64,000 bases of DNA from Rhynchobatus australiae (lineage: Eukaryota): NCBI GenBank assembly GCA_034780895.1, contig JAUZTB010000001.1:72464337-72528336 (forward strand), given 5' to 3'. This document shows positions 25,686-38,734 of the stretch, piece after piece. The notes under the pieces are model-generated. The model ran no database searches and was not told where the DNA came from. It saw only the letters and a list, made by a program, of their open reading frames with translations. Every line of letters begins with the position of its first letter. Within the stretch, counting starts at the first letter, position 1. Position numbers and translations under genes: made by a program.

Positions 25686-25975
25686 ATGAATTAAACAGTA
25701 ACGATGCAAAACCAGGTAACCCATCCTTCCCAGGGTCTGAGAGCGACCCTGAGAACTGGTTTTCCACATTCCAGGAACTTACATCAGCCATGCAAACTGC
25801 TCAGCACCCAGACGCCTACAAAAAACTGGTGGCAACCATGGCCTACACTGCAGGGATGGCCAAATTTGCCAGCGGAGAGGAACGCAAAAATTGGACAGAT
25901 TTATTCATAGATTCTTTTAAAATGGTTTACAGCAACCTAACAGGGAACGTCGACAAAGCAATGGGGCTGTGCTAG
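25686..25975 (+). CDS. col6a2: Alternative terminal exon of collagen VI alpha-2 (C2a-type tail, 96 aa, replacing the C2 VWA domain)
   Basis: Strong acceptor ctcttctttttaatcgttttcag|AT in phase 1, compatible with exon 22337-22375. Open frame (D)ELNSNDAKPGNPSFPGSESDPENWFSTFQELTSAMQTAQHPDAYKKLVATMAYTAGMAKFASGEERKNWTDLFIDSFKMVYSNLTGNVDKAMGLC-stop. It resembles the recalled human isoform 2C2a tail (..YTAERAKFATGVERQDWMELFIDTFKLV..ALALC). Confidence 0.88.
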
Positions 25976-27157
25976 GGGAAGTGTGCGATTTATTCCACGG
26001 CCGTGACTGCTTCACGGCACGCGCCGGTTCCCACTGTTGAAGGACGATGGAAAGCCAGCTTGTTTCCCATTCTGAGCCTTACATTGTGGTCCCTCCGAGT
26101 CATTCGCAGCTGCTCAGGGGGACTGGCTAACTGGGCATCAAAGGCCGCCCACTGCAGTTATGCCCAGGTTTTCCCAGCTGCTTAACAGTCCGCCATTGGT
26201 TTGGGATGGATCCCAGGATGCGCACATCCCACAGAGCCTTTTCAGCAAAGGAGGAGGCCATTCAGCCCACTGACTCCCTGCTGGCCTCTGTTCCCATTTG
26301 CACTCCTGAATCTGGCTTGTTTATTCTGACGAAACAACCAGGCAGTCAAAGAAATCTGGGTACATAAGTCCTCTTCCGGGGCAGGGGGACAGGAATTTAG
26401 TGGTGCAAAGGCCACAGGGTCTAAAGTGGCTCTCCTGGAATCCGGACTGAATGCAGACCCATTTAACTAGAATCGGAGCATTTGGGCAATGGGGTGGGGA
26501 TGAGGTGAGCTGAAATCTATACTTGTGAAGTAAACCTTGCTCCAATGAGAAATAAGAGTAGAAATTGTTGGAGGTGAAGTGTAGGCTAATCATTATCTAA
26601 AGAATCTGCATGCAGACTCTCCAATTGGACCTTGAAGTTCCCAGCTCTGGTTTGATATATCTCCAGAGGTTACACTTCATCACCTCTAGCATCCCACCCC
26701 CCATGATTGGGCTACCAGACTGTTGGGTATCTTCCGAGGTTGTTTGGAAAGGGAGTGGCCTCTCTTTATTCCCGACTCCAGTATTTTAATAACTAAACCT
26801 CAGATATATATTGATTTTTAAACAATGCACACTTCATGCACCACTCTGTGAAAGTACTCCTGTGATTTTGTTTTCTTCTGGCACGGCTGTGTCCTGGGAA
26901 TTGACCTCCAGGACCTGCCTGGAGCTTAGCAACCCTAACAAGCTGAGCTGAAGGGGAGCCTCTGGAATGTGAACTGTCTGCTCCCCCTCCTCGGATGCCC
27001 ATAGTCTGTGTAGTATTCCCAGCACTTTCTGATTCCCATCACTCCCCCACCATTCTGCCTCTCTACCCCCGCCCCGCCCACACAAGCGGAGGAGTCTGCT
27101 GGCGATGCTTGCTTCTGCCTTTTTGGATGCAGTTTTCAACATGTATATGTATTATTC

Positions 27158-27163
27158 AATAAA
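27158..27163 (+). promoter_or_regulatory. Candidate polyadenylation signal for the alternative (C2a-type) terminal exon
   Basis: AATAAA preceded by two TGTA motifs (atgtatatgta) and followed by a T-rich stretch, about 1.2 kb after the stop. Confidence 0.5.
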
Positions 27164-29479
27164 CAATTCATTTTATTCTCAGATGCTGGATGATGTTTTA
27201 ATAGAAAAGAACAAACTCATATTTTTCTATTGCCTTTAACTGTGGTCAGTGTTCTAATGCAGAAAGGCCGGCAGCCTGTTTCCACACAGTGAGATCCCAC
27301 AGACCAACTCATGACAATGACCAGGTGATCTGCTTGCAGTGAAGTTGATTGAGGAACAAACATTGGGCACAGTACCGGGAGGAATTCCTCCTCTGTCGTC
27401 GGCTGTGAGCATGTGACGTGATGCCATGTTATTGTTAAACTCAGCCTTTGCAGTTTGGCTCTTATGATTTTAAGACAGTGATACAACAGTGGACAAATTT
27501 CTCCCCTCCAGCTTTGTGCCTTGTGCTCGAGGTGACATCTTGCTGGAGTACCCAGTAGTTTATGTGCTCAGGTCTCTGGAGTGGGACTGGAAGGAGGGTT
27601 GGACTCTACCTCTGACCCACAGCTGAGGGTGTGGGTTTTGAGGAAGGCTGGTTGGTGAACCTCCCAACGGGAGCCCTGGGCAGCTGGTTTTAGCCTTGCA
27701 CTGCAGCTGAAGAAACTGTCTGCACCTCGGTTTAGGAAAGCTTCCTTTCGTAGCCTGTGCTGATGGTGATGCCCACCCCCAAGAGCCAGTGCACTGTGAT
27801 GGTGAATGTAAAGACCTTACCGCTGTTTCTCATCCACCCTTGTGAGTTCTACTAAAACTCTCCATTAATCCTCCTGCAGCAACTTGTTGAATGCAAAACA
27901 AAAAAAAAATCTAAGGATACACAGTCGGCTTTGGTAGTGGGGAATGGGGGTGGCGGGGGGTGGTGGTATTCACCTTTTGGTGCACAGATTTGGTGCAGAT
28001 TGATCAGAGCTGCTCCAGGCAGGGAGACAAACACACCTTCCTAAATAATCTACCTGTCTTCTCACTTGCACCTTAGACGTGCTGTGTATGTGCAGTGTTC
28101 CCAAGGTGTCTAATTCCTAATTGGCATTGTGCTCCACTCCATCCCTTCTGTGTACAAGCGTGGGGCAGAATGGGGATGGATCCAGGCTTTTGGAGCCAAT
28201 CGATGTTCACCATGCAAGAATGCAAACCAAGGTTTCTAGTAAAGGGCAGTGTTTGCTGATACTAAATTATCGTGGTGTTCCAATCCAGGGTTGACCTCTC
28301 ATCGAGACTCCAGTGCTCGGAAGAGGTCTTTCCCGAATCCTCAGGTCCAGAAAATTCTGGCTGTAACAAACCATACCAGCAAAACTGAGATGGGTCACAA
28401 ATGGGAATGAGGTTGCAGTCTACAGGGTCCAAGTGGCCGTGTCAGTGGGCTTTGTGACTCTAGGTTATGATGCACATGGGTAACGCCAGCCACGTAATTG
28501 ACCCAATTGAACCAACACTCAGTGACGGGAGTGAAAGAGCTAAAGCAGGCAACCTCTGGCATTGCCTCTCTGGTGGTCCTAACAATGGGTTAATGTCACG
28601 CCCCCAGTGAAAAGGAGGGAGGAAGGATGGGCAGTAGGTAAAGGTCTCCTTCCTTCACCACTTTTGGTGGTGTTCCTCACCAGCAAGATGGAGCCTGAGC
28701 TTCAGAATCACTTGCCCGAAACTTTTAAAGAGTTGAGCAGAACGTTGGTTAGTAAGTGCCATTGGGAGAAGAGATTATCCTATCCAGGACTGCTTCCAAT
28801 CTCACTGCATCTGTTCATGGATTGGTTTTGTTTATTCATGCTTTCATAAGGTCAAGTTCCCAGGAGCTGATAAACTCCTACTGGGTTACTGGATTAACTG
28901 CAGTGAACTAGAACCAAACAGGGTATCACATTTGGGATATGGAGAGAAGGTGTTCTATTCACTCTCGCTGTGCTGGTTAGCCACATCCCCCTCCTCCTCC
29001 TCCCCCGACCCTCATTGGAGCCAGGGCAATGCGGCCATTGTTAGAAACTTGCCCTCCCAATAGAAGAGAAATTTGGAATCTAATTCCAAATGGGGCATTT
29101 CCATAAACCTTCATGGTTCAAGACAAAATCCATCGTGACACAATCTTGGGCATACATCTATCATGTCAATTGAAGTATGGATGCCTAGAGAGGACATATG
29201 TGTCTTCAAAACCACACTGGAAACCCTCTCTTTACCGAAGTGTGTACCAGTTGCTAAGTGATGTTTTCTCCTCAGGGCCTCAGTATGACACTTAACATTG
29301 TTCAACTGGTTTACACCCATGTTTCAGCTGCTTGGCCCGTGCAGGAATCCATATCTTACTTCTCAGAATGTCATTGTACGCCCCAGGGTTACAGTAGCAA
29401 GTATTGTGCAAGCTTCTCCCTAACTGAATCTTATCCAGGGTTTTAAGGAGAATGGAGAAGGGAAATACAGATGCTGAAG

Positions 29480-30380
29480 TCATAATTCTGCGAATGCCTG
29501 CTTGATTCAAGAATTGTTCCTTTTGATTTAAGATTGCAAATGTAACTGTTATTTAAGGGAGGCAGGAGAGCAGGTGTGGAAATTATAGGCTGGTTAGTCT
29601 GTTAACAGCAGTGGGCAAGTTATTTGAATTTATAATAGGAGCAAAGGTAGGAAGCTAATGTGCATTTGTAAAGGGTAAGTCCTGCACAAGAAACCTCAGT
29701 TACTTTTTCAAAGCGTTATAGGGTCAGNNNNNNNNNNNNNNNNNNNNNTTAAAATTTATTGGGTAAGATCTGGCATAAAATTAAAGCTGGTTGAATTGAA
29801 GACAAACTGTTGATTTGGCAGAGGCATTCATTAGTCAATAGAAAACAGAATGGGAATAATTGGCTGTGGTATATCTCTAGGATCGGTGCTGGAGCCTCAA
29901 CTAATCACTGTTTGATGACTTGGGTGGCATGCAAAATTATCTACATTTGCTGCCCAAATAGGAAGTTGTTACACTAAAACATAAAATTATATTGAATGAT
30001 TCGTGAGTGAGCAGAACTATAGTGAGTGGACTTCACTACAACCAAATTGGAGGTCATCCACTTTGGACCAAAGAGGGAATTAATCGGAGTGTTAATTTAA
30101 AGAATAAAAAGCTGGGCATAATGTAGGCCTTAAGAGGTTTAGGGTGTATGTGTACGGATAGCAACTCACAGTCTGAAACGAAAACTAATTGCGAAAGCTA
30201 TTGGAATGTTGGCCTCTACCATCAAAGAGCAAGATTGTGGAGACAGGGTGAAGCTTTGTTTAGACCATCTGGAGTACTGTGTGCAGTCTGGGCTCTGCAC
30301 CTTCAGAACGAATATGTTAGCCTTGGGAGTGGAGTGTCGATTCAAGAGAATGTTGCCAGGGCTCCTCGGAGTTGGATTAT
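29480..30380 (+). mobile_element. CR1 LINE RT fragment, heavily degraded
   Basis: Remnants of ANVT.LFK.G...NYR.VSL..VGK, of GSVL.P (ggatcggtgctggagcctcaact) and of HLEYCVQ. Confidence 0.75.
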
Positions 30381-31180
30381 TTGGAAAATTGCATTCCTTT
30401 CTGAGATTTGGAATTTTCTGGGAGCACTTAATTGGAAGCTGCTCAGAAAGCTGATAGGCTATTCAGAAGTAAGCAATTTTCTCTGGTGCATGTGCCCTGA
30501 ATAGAGGGGCTTGAGGTACTTGGGACCGGGAGCATTTCCTCGCACGATACTGGAGCACTCTCTGGCAATAAGCTGGAGACCAGATANNNNNNNNNNNNNN
30601 NNNNNNNNNNNNNNNNNNNNNNNNNNNNNNNNNNNNNNNNNNNNNNNNNNNNNNNNNNNNNNNNNNNNNNNNNNNNNNNNNNNNNNNNNNNNNNNNNNNN
30701 NNNNNNNNNNNNNNNNNNNNNNNNNNNNNNNNNNNNNNNNNNNNNNNNNNNNNNNNNNNNNNNNNNNNNNNNNNNNNNNNNNNNNNNNCACTGAAACAGA
30801 TAACCTGGCCATTATCCCACTGCTGCTTGCACGGCCCTGCTGTGCACCGGTTCTAACTGTGGGTGAAACTCCAAGAAAGTCTGTTGAGCAAATAATCACT
30901 TCCAAGGTCAAAGAAAAGAGTGACTTTCAAATGCAAGGTTTATTCAAACCTCCTGGTGGTTACTTTCTTATTTAAAATTTGTGCTGGGTTTCCTGTCAGT
31001 GATGCTAAGTGCCTGTGATGCTGCTGCAAGTAAATTCTTCATTGCAACTGTGCATACATGACTCTTGCATGGGAACAATAAACTCGACTTTGACTGTTTC
31101 TTGGGTGGGTTGGGGGAGGGAGGGGATGGCAGCCCAGTGGTATCTTGCTCGACCTAACGTGCCCCTCTTGTTTCACCCAG

Positions 31181-31770
31181 AGCTGGCCGTCGCACCGTGC
31201 ACGCAGCGTCCGGTGGAGCTGGTCTTTATGGTCGATGGCTCGGAGCGGATGGGCGAGACCAACTTCCGTCTGGTGCGCGAGTTCGTGCAGAAGGTGGCGA
31301 ATGAGTTGCCCCTGGCCACAAGCGACAGTGACGTGTCCAGGGCCCGCCTCGCCGTCCTGCAGTATGGTGGTGAGGCGGAGCAGCAGCTGGTCTTCGGCCT
31401 GAGCTATAACCTGACCGATATCCTGGACTCCCTGGCTGCCATGAAGTACCTGGACTCGGCCTCCAACGTGGGCTCCGCCATCATCTATGGCATCCACAAC
31501 CTGGTTCAGAGACCCACCAGGCTGGGGTCGGAGCTCTCCTTCCTCTTCATTACGGACGGCACCAGCGGCAGCAAAAGCCTGGGTGAGGCTGTGGACGCCA
31601 TGCGCAAGCATAACGTTGTGCCCACAGTGATCGCGGTGGGCCAGGATGTGGACATGGATGTCCTACTGCAGATAGGGTTAGGGGAGAGGGCCGCCATCTA
31701 CCGGGCAGATGACTACTCCCAGATCCTGCAGCCAGCCTTCTTCGATAGACTCTACAGGTGGATCTGTTAA
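31181..31770 (+). CDS. col6a2: Collagen VI alpha-2 canonical terminal exon, C2 VWA domain
   Basis: tttcacccag acceptor in phase 1. Encodes (E)LAVAPCTQRPVELVFMVDGSERMGETNF...ELSFLFITDG...QPAFFDRLYRWIC-TAA, where RWIC-stop is the COL6A2 C-terminus. The ORF track start at 31009 is intronic. Confidence 0.98.
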
Positions 31771-32279
31771 GGACTTCAAATTCAACGCCCTACGCTCCCC
31801 AGAAGGTTGGCGTAAGGTCTGTCCCCAAGTACCTTATATTAGTTTTATGTTATTCAGGAAAAGATAAAACAAGGTGCTTTCTTTTGTACTCATGTAATTA
31901 TTTTTTTTCATCCTCATTTTCCTCCTATCATTTGGTACATTTCTTGCTCACCAAGCCTGAAGATTTGCTAGGGGTTACCAACGCTGTTTGGGCATTTCCT
32001 TGGGGTGTTGATCACAGTGGCCCTGTCTCCAAAGTCCTGTCAGTCACTCAGTATGTCCATGCCTGTGGCAACTTCCTCACACCCACTGGAAAAGCAAACA
32101 GCCAGCTCATGCCCCGCTGGGACAATGCTTCATCATTTTCTTCTACCAAATAATAATAGAATTTGTCCAGCGCCTACTTTTCTTATTTTTAAAACAAACA
32201 CGCAATTTCTGTTTTTATAAGTGCCACTATAAATTTTCCCTTTTCACCAACAGGGTCACCTGTGCAGGTATCCTTACAA

Positions 32280-32385
32280 TGCCAGGACAGTCCTGGATAT
32301 TAAATAGGAAATTCCTGGAAATGCCAGGACAATCCTGGAGATCAAATAGGAAATTCCTGGGTTTGTCAGGACAGTCCTGGAGGGC
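32280..32385. repeat. 42-bp tandem repeat (about 2.5 copies) built from short palindromes, in the col6a2 3' region
   Basis: tgccaggacagtcctggatattaaataggaaattcctggaaa / tgccaggacaatcctggagatcaaataggaaattcctgggtt / tgtcaggacagtcctgga. Confidence 0.85.
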
Positions 32386-34329
32386 GGGAAGCCCTACAGC
32401 TTTTTGGAGAACCAAATATTTCTTTCTCCTTGTGCCTCTGCCTGCTGTCCTGAGCAGCACATTATTTTTGATGTTTCGTAACCTCTATCATTGAAATGTG
32501 CACTGTTAACTCAAATTTCTCTGAGCAAACTAGGGAGTATCACTTGATGCCAAGGTTTGAGATGGAGGCCAGCCCCTTGCATTAAAGTTTCCTTTTCTTC
32601 CCACTGCCTTCTAATTGGAAGGTGATAAAGGGCTAAAACCACAGGCAGACAGCAGCATCTTGCTGCTGCCACAGCTCCTCCCTCCATCCCAACACTCTTG
32701 GGGAAGAAAACACATGTAAGATAACACAATATCCAATCCCAGTGTCCCTTCCCACCCCAGCAAGCTGCGTACTCTAACATAGGGGACAAGACTGTGGAGA
32801 AATACTTGTCACTGTTACTGGATACAGGACCACAGAGAAATACAGCCCATTGTAATTGGATACAAGGATGGAGAGAATACTGCCCATTGTAACAACACTG
32901 CCCACCTTAACACATTACCTTGGCTCTGTTCCCAGATACCACTGCCCTCAGTGTGTTACCAGCACGCAGTCTGTGATCTGCCCAGTCTAGTCCCCACCAC
33001 TTAAAGCACTACTGTTTAAATTGTACGGTGGCTTATAACCGACCAATAACCATAACAGACCATGTCATTCTCCGAATTTGCTGATCTTGGGAGAAACAGT
33101 TGTGGAAATAGACTAGTTTGCACCTTGAAGTGACACAATGAAGACAAGCACAAATGGAAGTAAATCACTTGTCATTAAGGTGTAGTTATGTTTTGTGTAG
33201 AGAAACCCTCTTAACCTCCTCCCTGTGGGTCACTGTCTGTGCTAGGCACGGGATAGAACTTGAGCAAAGCCTGTTGCAGAGTATTAGTTCCTGAGAGCTG
33301 CAGTAATCCCATTGTGTGGTCGGGCCACGTTGTTCCTGTCATCCACTATAGGTGGTAAAACACACTTGCACAAGCACTTCCTCCAAAATGTTGTGGGAAG
33401 TTCATGGATAAAATGAGAGGAATGGAATGGGCCCCTAAACTTTGCAATCACTTGATGTGACTCCACACATATGAGCTTTCTAAAGGTGCTTTTTTATTAT
33501 GATGGTAACGTTTCATTAGTGAGGTGGGAGGGAGGTGTTGTGGGACTTGAGAGGCTGATGTTCTCCTCACCAGTAGGTGGCGGTATTGTGCAATGAGTAA
33601 TGAGGGGCCTTTTCCACTCAGTGAATGAACTTGAAGTTCAGCTGAAGACACTCAACCAGATGGAGGCAGTTCCATTGAATAAAATGTACCCAAATCATTG
33701 GCTTTCCCAGATGCTGGCAAGATCTGCCAAGACCTCCAGGCGTCTTCATTGTTCTCATAAAACTTTTGGTGTCCAGAAAGTTTAGATGTGGTGTAAAGTG
33801 ACTTTCCCTTGCCGAGTGCACAAGGTGGGGTGCATTTGAAGCGAAAGCATGCTGAGCCTCCCTCACCAAACAACCTCCTTGTGTGTCCTGCCTATTGCTA
33901 GCTCCATGCACAGGGTGGCAGCCAAGTTTGGCAGCTGGTGTACAGGATCCAGATGTTGGCAGCAGGTTCCCATGCGCCCCCCCCCCACCCGCTGCCCTTT
34001 GTGACACACAGCGAGGGTGCTGGAGTGGCAGGGCACCCTTAGTGTCAGATGTCTAGCAGCTCAGTCCTCTTCCCTGGCATCCAGCTCAGTGAGATCCTAT
34101 CAGCTTAGTGAGGCTCATTGGACTTGCTGGGTGAAGCAGCCACCCTTTGACACCAAGTCCTGGTGGGCTGTGCCTGTTTTCTATTGGAGAGCCGCAAAGC
34201 TTTGTAATATATATTTCTAGAGAATGTTTGTTTTTTTTTGCATTGAAATAGTCCTTATCAGTTGTTCCACAAATGTATTTTCATACAGTCTGCTGCATCC
34301 AAATTTGAATAGTTCTGTACTAAATACCA

Positions 34330-34339
34330 AATAAATAAA
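34330..34339 (+). promoter_or_regulatory. Candidate polyadenylation signal for the canonical col6a2 transcript
   Basis: Overlapping AATAAA hexamers (aataaataaa) with upstream TGTA motifs, just before repeat-rich sequence resumes. Would imply a 3' UTR of about 2.6 kb. Upstream ATTAAA alternatives exist (for example 32581). Confidence 0.5.
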
Positions 34340-34449
34340 TGGATTTTTCCAAATATCCCTGCCGATCTTCGGATAATTTGTGCAGGAGCCTTGTGAATAC
34401 TTACAAGTTGAATGTTGTCTGCTGTCCAGTGTGTATGTAAGCTTGTTAT

Positions 34450-34745
34450 AGAGTCAGAGAGAGTGCACAGAAACAGGCCCTTCAGCCAGCAGAGTCTGTT
34501 CTGACCATCAACCACCCATTCTTACACCAATCCTTTGTTAATCCATTTTGTTCTCCCCACCACTCACCTACACACTAGGGACAATTTGTAGCAGGCAAAT
34601 AAACTACTAACCCGTTCGTCTTTGGGATGTGGGAGGAAACCCACGCGGTCACCGGGAGAATGTGTAAGCTCCACACAGACAGCACCTAAGGTCAGGATTG
34701 AACTTGAGTCATTGGAGCTGTGAGGCAGCAGCTCTGCTAGCTGCT
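34450..34745 (-). mobile_element. tRNA-derived V-domain SINE
   Basis: Reverse complement of the 16360 element (acagaaacaggcccttcagcc ... ctccacacagacagcacc ... ggagctgtgaggcagcagctct). Confidence 0.85.
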
Positions 34746-35099
34746 CTGCACATTTGTGTTAAACAGGGAAGATTTTCAAAGACATTGTTGGAAAGTGGGC
34801 TGTCTTGAGTCAAAAAATTGGCTTACGTCAATGTTCATTGCCTCCCTGGGTAACAAATGGGTTCCATTTTTACAGATATCAGAAAGTCTATTTTGTCCAC
34901 AAGTCAGAAAATACACAAATATCACTGGACATAGTAACCATACGTCCACAGCATTGTAATGAATGGCAGCAAAAACACAAGACTGAAAAGAAAGAACTAT
35001 TATTAAAAGTGTCGAGAGAGAAGAAACTAGTTCTGCTGTTCTTAGGATTTAATGATATGGGGGCTAATTTGTATGTACGAGTGTCCATAAGTCGAGCAT

Positions 35100-35840
35100 T
35101 TGTAACTTGGGGTTGGCCTGTATCCAGAAATCTCTTGATCTGCGTTTTGAATGAATTCAATGACTCGGCCTCCACAACTCCCTGAGGTAAAGAATTCCAA
35201 AGATTCACCACCTTCTGAGTGAAGAAATTCTTCCTCGTCTTATTTCCAGCTTGCCCCTTATTCTGAGGTGTAACTCTTTGTTCTCGATTCCTCAGCCAGG
35301 AGAAACCTCTTCACTGCACCAAGTATGTCAAACCATGAAACCATTTTGAAAGCTTCACTGAGATCTCCTCTCATTGTTCTAAACTTAAAAATCTAGGCCT
35401 AGTCTGTTCAGTCTATCCTCGTACAGCAAACCTACTACCTCTGAAACCAGTCAAGGGAATCTTCCTGGCACTCCCTCCATGGCAAGTCCATCCTTTTTTT
35501 AGGTTAGGAGATCAAAACTGTACACAATACCCCATGTACAATCTCACCAGGGCTTGATTTATATGTAGTAAGACCTGTACTCAAATAGTTTTGCAATAAA
35601 AGCCAACTTGCCATTTGCCCTCCAAACTGCTATCTACATCTGCACATCAGCTTTCAGTGACTTGTGAGCCATTTCCCAATCTGTCACCATTTAAAAATTA
35701 CCCTCTGTTTGTGCACCAACGTGGATGACCTCAGATTTTTCCATCTTGTATTTCACCTGCCAAGTTCTCACCCATGCACTAAGCTTGTTTGTATCCCTTT
35801 GAAACTTCTAAGTCCTCCCCACTAATCACAACCCCACCTA
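35100..35840 (-). mobile_element. CR1 LINE RT C-terminal fragment
   Basis: ORF 34888..35211 begins VNLWNSLPQGVVEAESLNSFKTQIKRFLD (CR1 ORF2 C-terminus). A YCVQF motif lies upstream (aaaactgtacacaatac). Confidence 0.85.
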
Positions 35841-36519
35841 GCAGCTCCAACAAAACTCAAGATGTTCAATGCCTTCCAGGACAAAATAACCACTTGACTG
35901 GCACCCCCAGCCAAAATGTTCATTCACCCAGTGCCAGCCTGTGTATTAGCTTCATGACGCAACTCGCCAATGTTCCCTTGATGATATTTCCCAAATCCAT
36001 GAACCAGAACACATGGGGCACTTGTGACTGAATTCATAAGAAACAGAAGCACATCCGGTGCTGTAACTTTTCCTCTTCCCAGCTTTATTCACATGTTCCC
36101 TGGTTCTTTCAGTCTCCATAGTTCTATCACCTTGAATACACTGGGCTACACATTTAACTCCATGGGTGGAGGATTCCAAGGACTTACAACGCTCAGAACA
36201 AAGGAACATCTCCTCAGCTTGGAAATCAGCAGCCCAGAGACCGAGACCATGACTCTTGACTCCCAATCCAGGGGGAATGTCCTCTCATCATCTACCCTGT
36301 CAATCTCTCCCAGAATTCCATATGTTTAATTACATCACCACTGGTTCTTCCAAATTCCATTGACTGCAGGAAAATCTCGTTCAAAGTGATGCACCAATCT
36401 GATTGAAAATATATCACCATTACTTCTTCATTGCAATGGTAAAGTCATTAAATCCTTTGACTAATAGCAAATCTGTTGCCTTATGACACTCAGCTCCAAT
36501 GAAAGTCAATTTAATACAT

Positions 36520-37065
36520 GAGGATACCAGGTCTATGTAACCCTGTGGGTCTGTTACTTTATCATGCTGGAGTACAGCACTGGTGTTTGGAGGATGGGGA
36601 CTGTGTAACTTGGGTAATATACTGCTCAATGCTGCATTGTCACTGTATAACAGTGGATGAACTTCAGGTGGTTACAAGTCTGTCACTGTATGCTGTCAGT
36701 GTATACTGTGGGGAAACTACAGGTGGGTACAGATCTGTCACCATATGACAAAGAGGTACACTGCAGGTGGGTACAAGTCAGGTATTCCATAAAACTGTGA
36801 TTACCTGTGGCTGTAGTTAATCATTATGTAACACTAGCAAAAATACATGTCAGAAATCGCTTAACAGGACTGGTACATACAAGTTTGCCTGTGTTTAACA
36901 CCTGGGTAAGCTCTGGTGCGCACGGGTTTGTCACCTTACAACAGTATTCAGTTCTGTTGGGTATTAATCTATCATATTCTGACACCGGGGCCACTTACGG
37001 TCCATTATATTATAACAATGGCATGCAATTGGGATGGACACAGATCTTTCACTGTATTATACTGC
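36520..37065 (-). repeat. Degenerate ~41-bp minisatellite, reverse orientation relative to 50830-51822
   Basis: Recurrent ggtgggtacagatctgtcac / gtcactgtataacagtgg / tacaagtctgtcactgta units. Confidence 0.65.
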
Positions 37066-38734
37066 GATGTTGGAAGTAGAGGAGATGGCTGACTGTGGAT
37101 CAGTGGGCAATGAATTAGAACTGCTTTGGGATGAGGGTGCACGGACATGGTCTGGCCTTTGCAGGGCACATCAAGAGGTAAATAAAATCTTGGGAATTGC
37201 ACAGCAATTTCATATTCGCCCAAGACGGCGAGCAAGTGGGACACAGGATTCAAACTCATAAAGCTGAGCTGAAGAATGGGTTGATCTTTTTCCATGTTTA
37301 CTTGGTGAGTGATTTCCTGTGGTTTGAGTGTTGGGATGTCACCATACAATGTCACAATGTGGGCAAATCAGTTTATGCTTGTGGGGCCCAGACTGGCATC
37401 CACCCTTTTGACAGAAGGATAAATCATCTCACCACAGAGCATGCACAACTGCAGAAAACACTGGAGCAGGGCACCAATTCTCCTATAGTTGTTCACCATA
37501 CCAAAATATTTAGAAGATGGGGACTCCTTTCAGACACCAATCAAAAAGGGTTTATCCATTCTATCCAGCATCAATAGGCATTGGAATGAGGCAACTAACT
37601 CTGATACACGTTGAATGAAATACAGGCATTAGCACAGCTGAAACCTAGTGGCCGTTTTCTCTATAGAAAGGATCCCTCAGGTTGGGGATCAGATTATGGC
37701 TATTAAAGAATGGAAGAAGCAAAGTTCCCCAAGAGAGATTGAGATGGACCTTGCAAAGTGATGCGGAATTTGGTTCTTCTGTGTACTCATTCCACGTTGT
37801 TACTGCACTTGTCCAGGAATGAAAATGGGACATTTGGAATGATTCCTAGGATTCGTCTAACCTTTACACCGACTGCTTTAAATCTGGAGAAATGCAAGGT
37901 TGATATCATTGGGTTTGCTTGTCGTGCACTTTTCCTTCCAGTATCGAGTAACACAGTCCATGCAAAGAGTGAACCACTCTACCAGACAAATACACTGTCA
38001 CAATGAGCATCTGGGGCTTGGTATTTCCCATCAGGTGCTGAGTAAATGTTGCATGGATCTGATCCAAGGCTGGCACTTTGCTCTAGCTAGAATTCACACT
38101 AGGGCAATTTAGACAAAGCCCCATGATAAATCTGTTCACATATAACTTATTTCCAGGGTTAGTGCAACATTGCAGCTATTTAGCATTATTGGGAAGCATT
38201 ATAGTTACATGGCCTTTATGGGCATTTGCTGGTTAACATTCCAGGGTTGGAGGGCTTCAGTTTTGATGGAAAATGGCTAAGATGTGGTTGTGTCCTTTGG
38301 AGCACAGGAATCTGAGGGGAGATTTAAAGAAAATCACAGGAGGCCTAAATAGGGTGAATAAGAAGTGCCTAGTGTGCCTTGCAGAGGGGACAGTGACTAT
38401 NNNNNNNNNNNNNNNNNNNNNNNNNGAGGAATTATTTACTTCCCTATTAGAGAATGAGGGGAGTCTGAAAGTCTCCACCTGAAAGAGTGTTAGGATAGAA
38501 TCCTTCATCACACTTAAATGAATTTGGATGAAACCTGATGTGTGGTACACCTACATGGATGCAGACCAACAGCTGAAACATTCCATTAGACTCTAAAGCT
38601 CTTCTTTGGACAGTATTGCCACAATGGGCCTTATGGCCTCCTCCTGTGCCATATGCGTCTATTCCTTCTGTAAATAACTCAGCACATTCTGACAAATGGC
38701 ATAATGGTGACCTTCACTGGAGTTCTTCAATGAT

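Noticed and set aside
31009-31180. N-terminal extension of the 253-aa ORF before the C2 VWA exon
   Set aside because: Intronic. The true exon starts after the cccag acceptor at 31180.
31039-31611. 190-aa minus-strand ORF
   Set aside because: Antisense shadow of the GC-rich col6a2 terminal exon, with no independent evidence.
37197-37577. 126-aa plus-strand ORF in unique-looking sequence between the degenerate minisatellite arrays
   Set aside because: No recognisable motif, a non-ATG start and no convincing splice sites. Not callable without a homology search.
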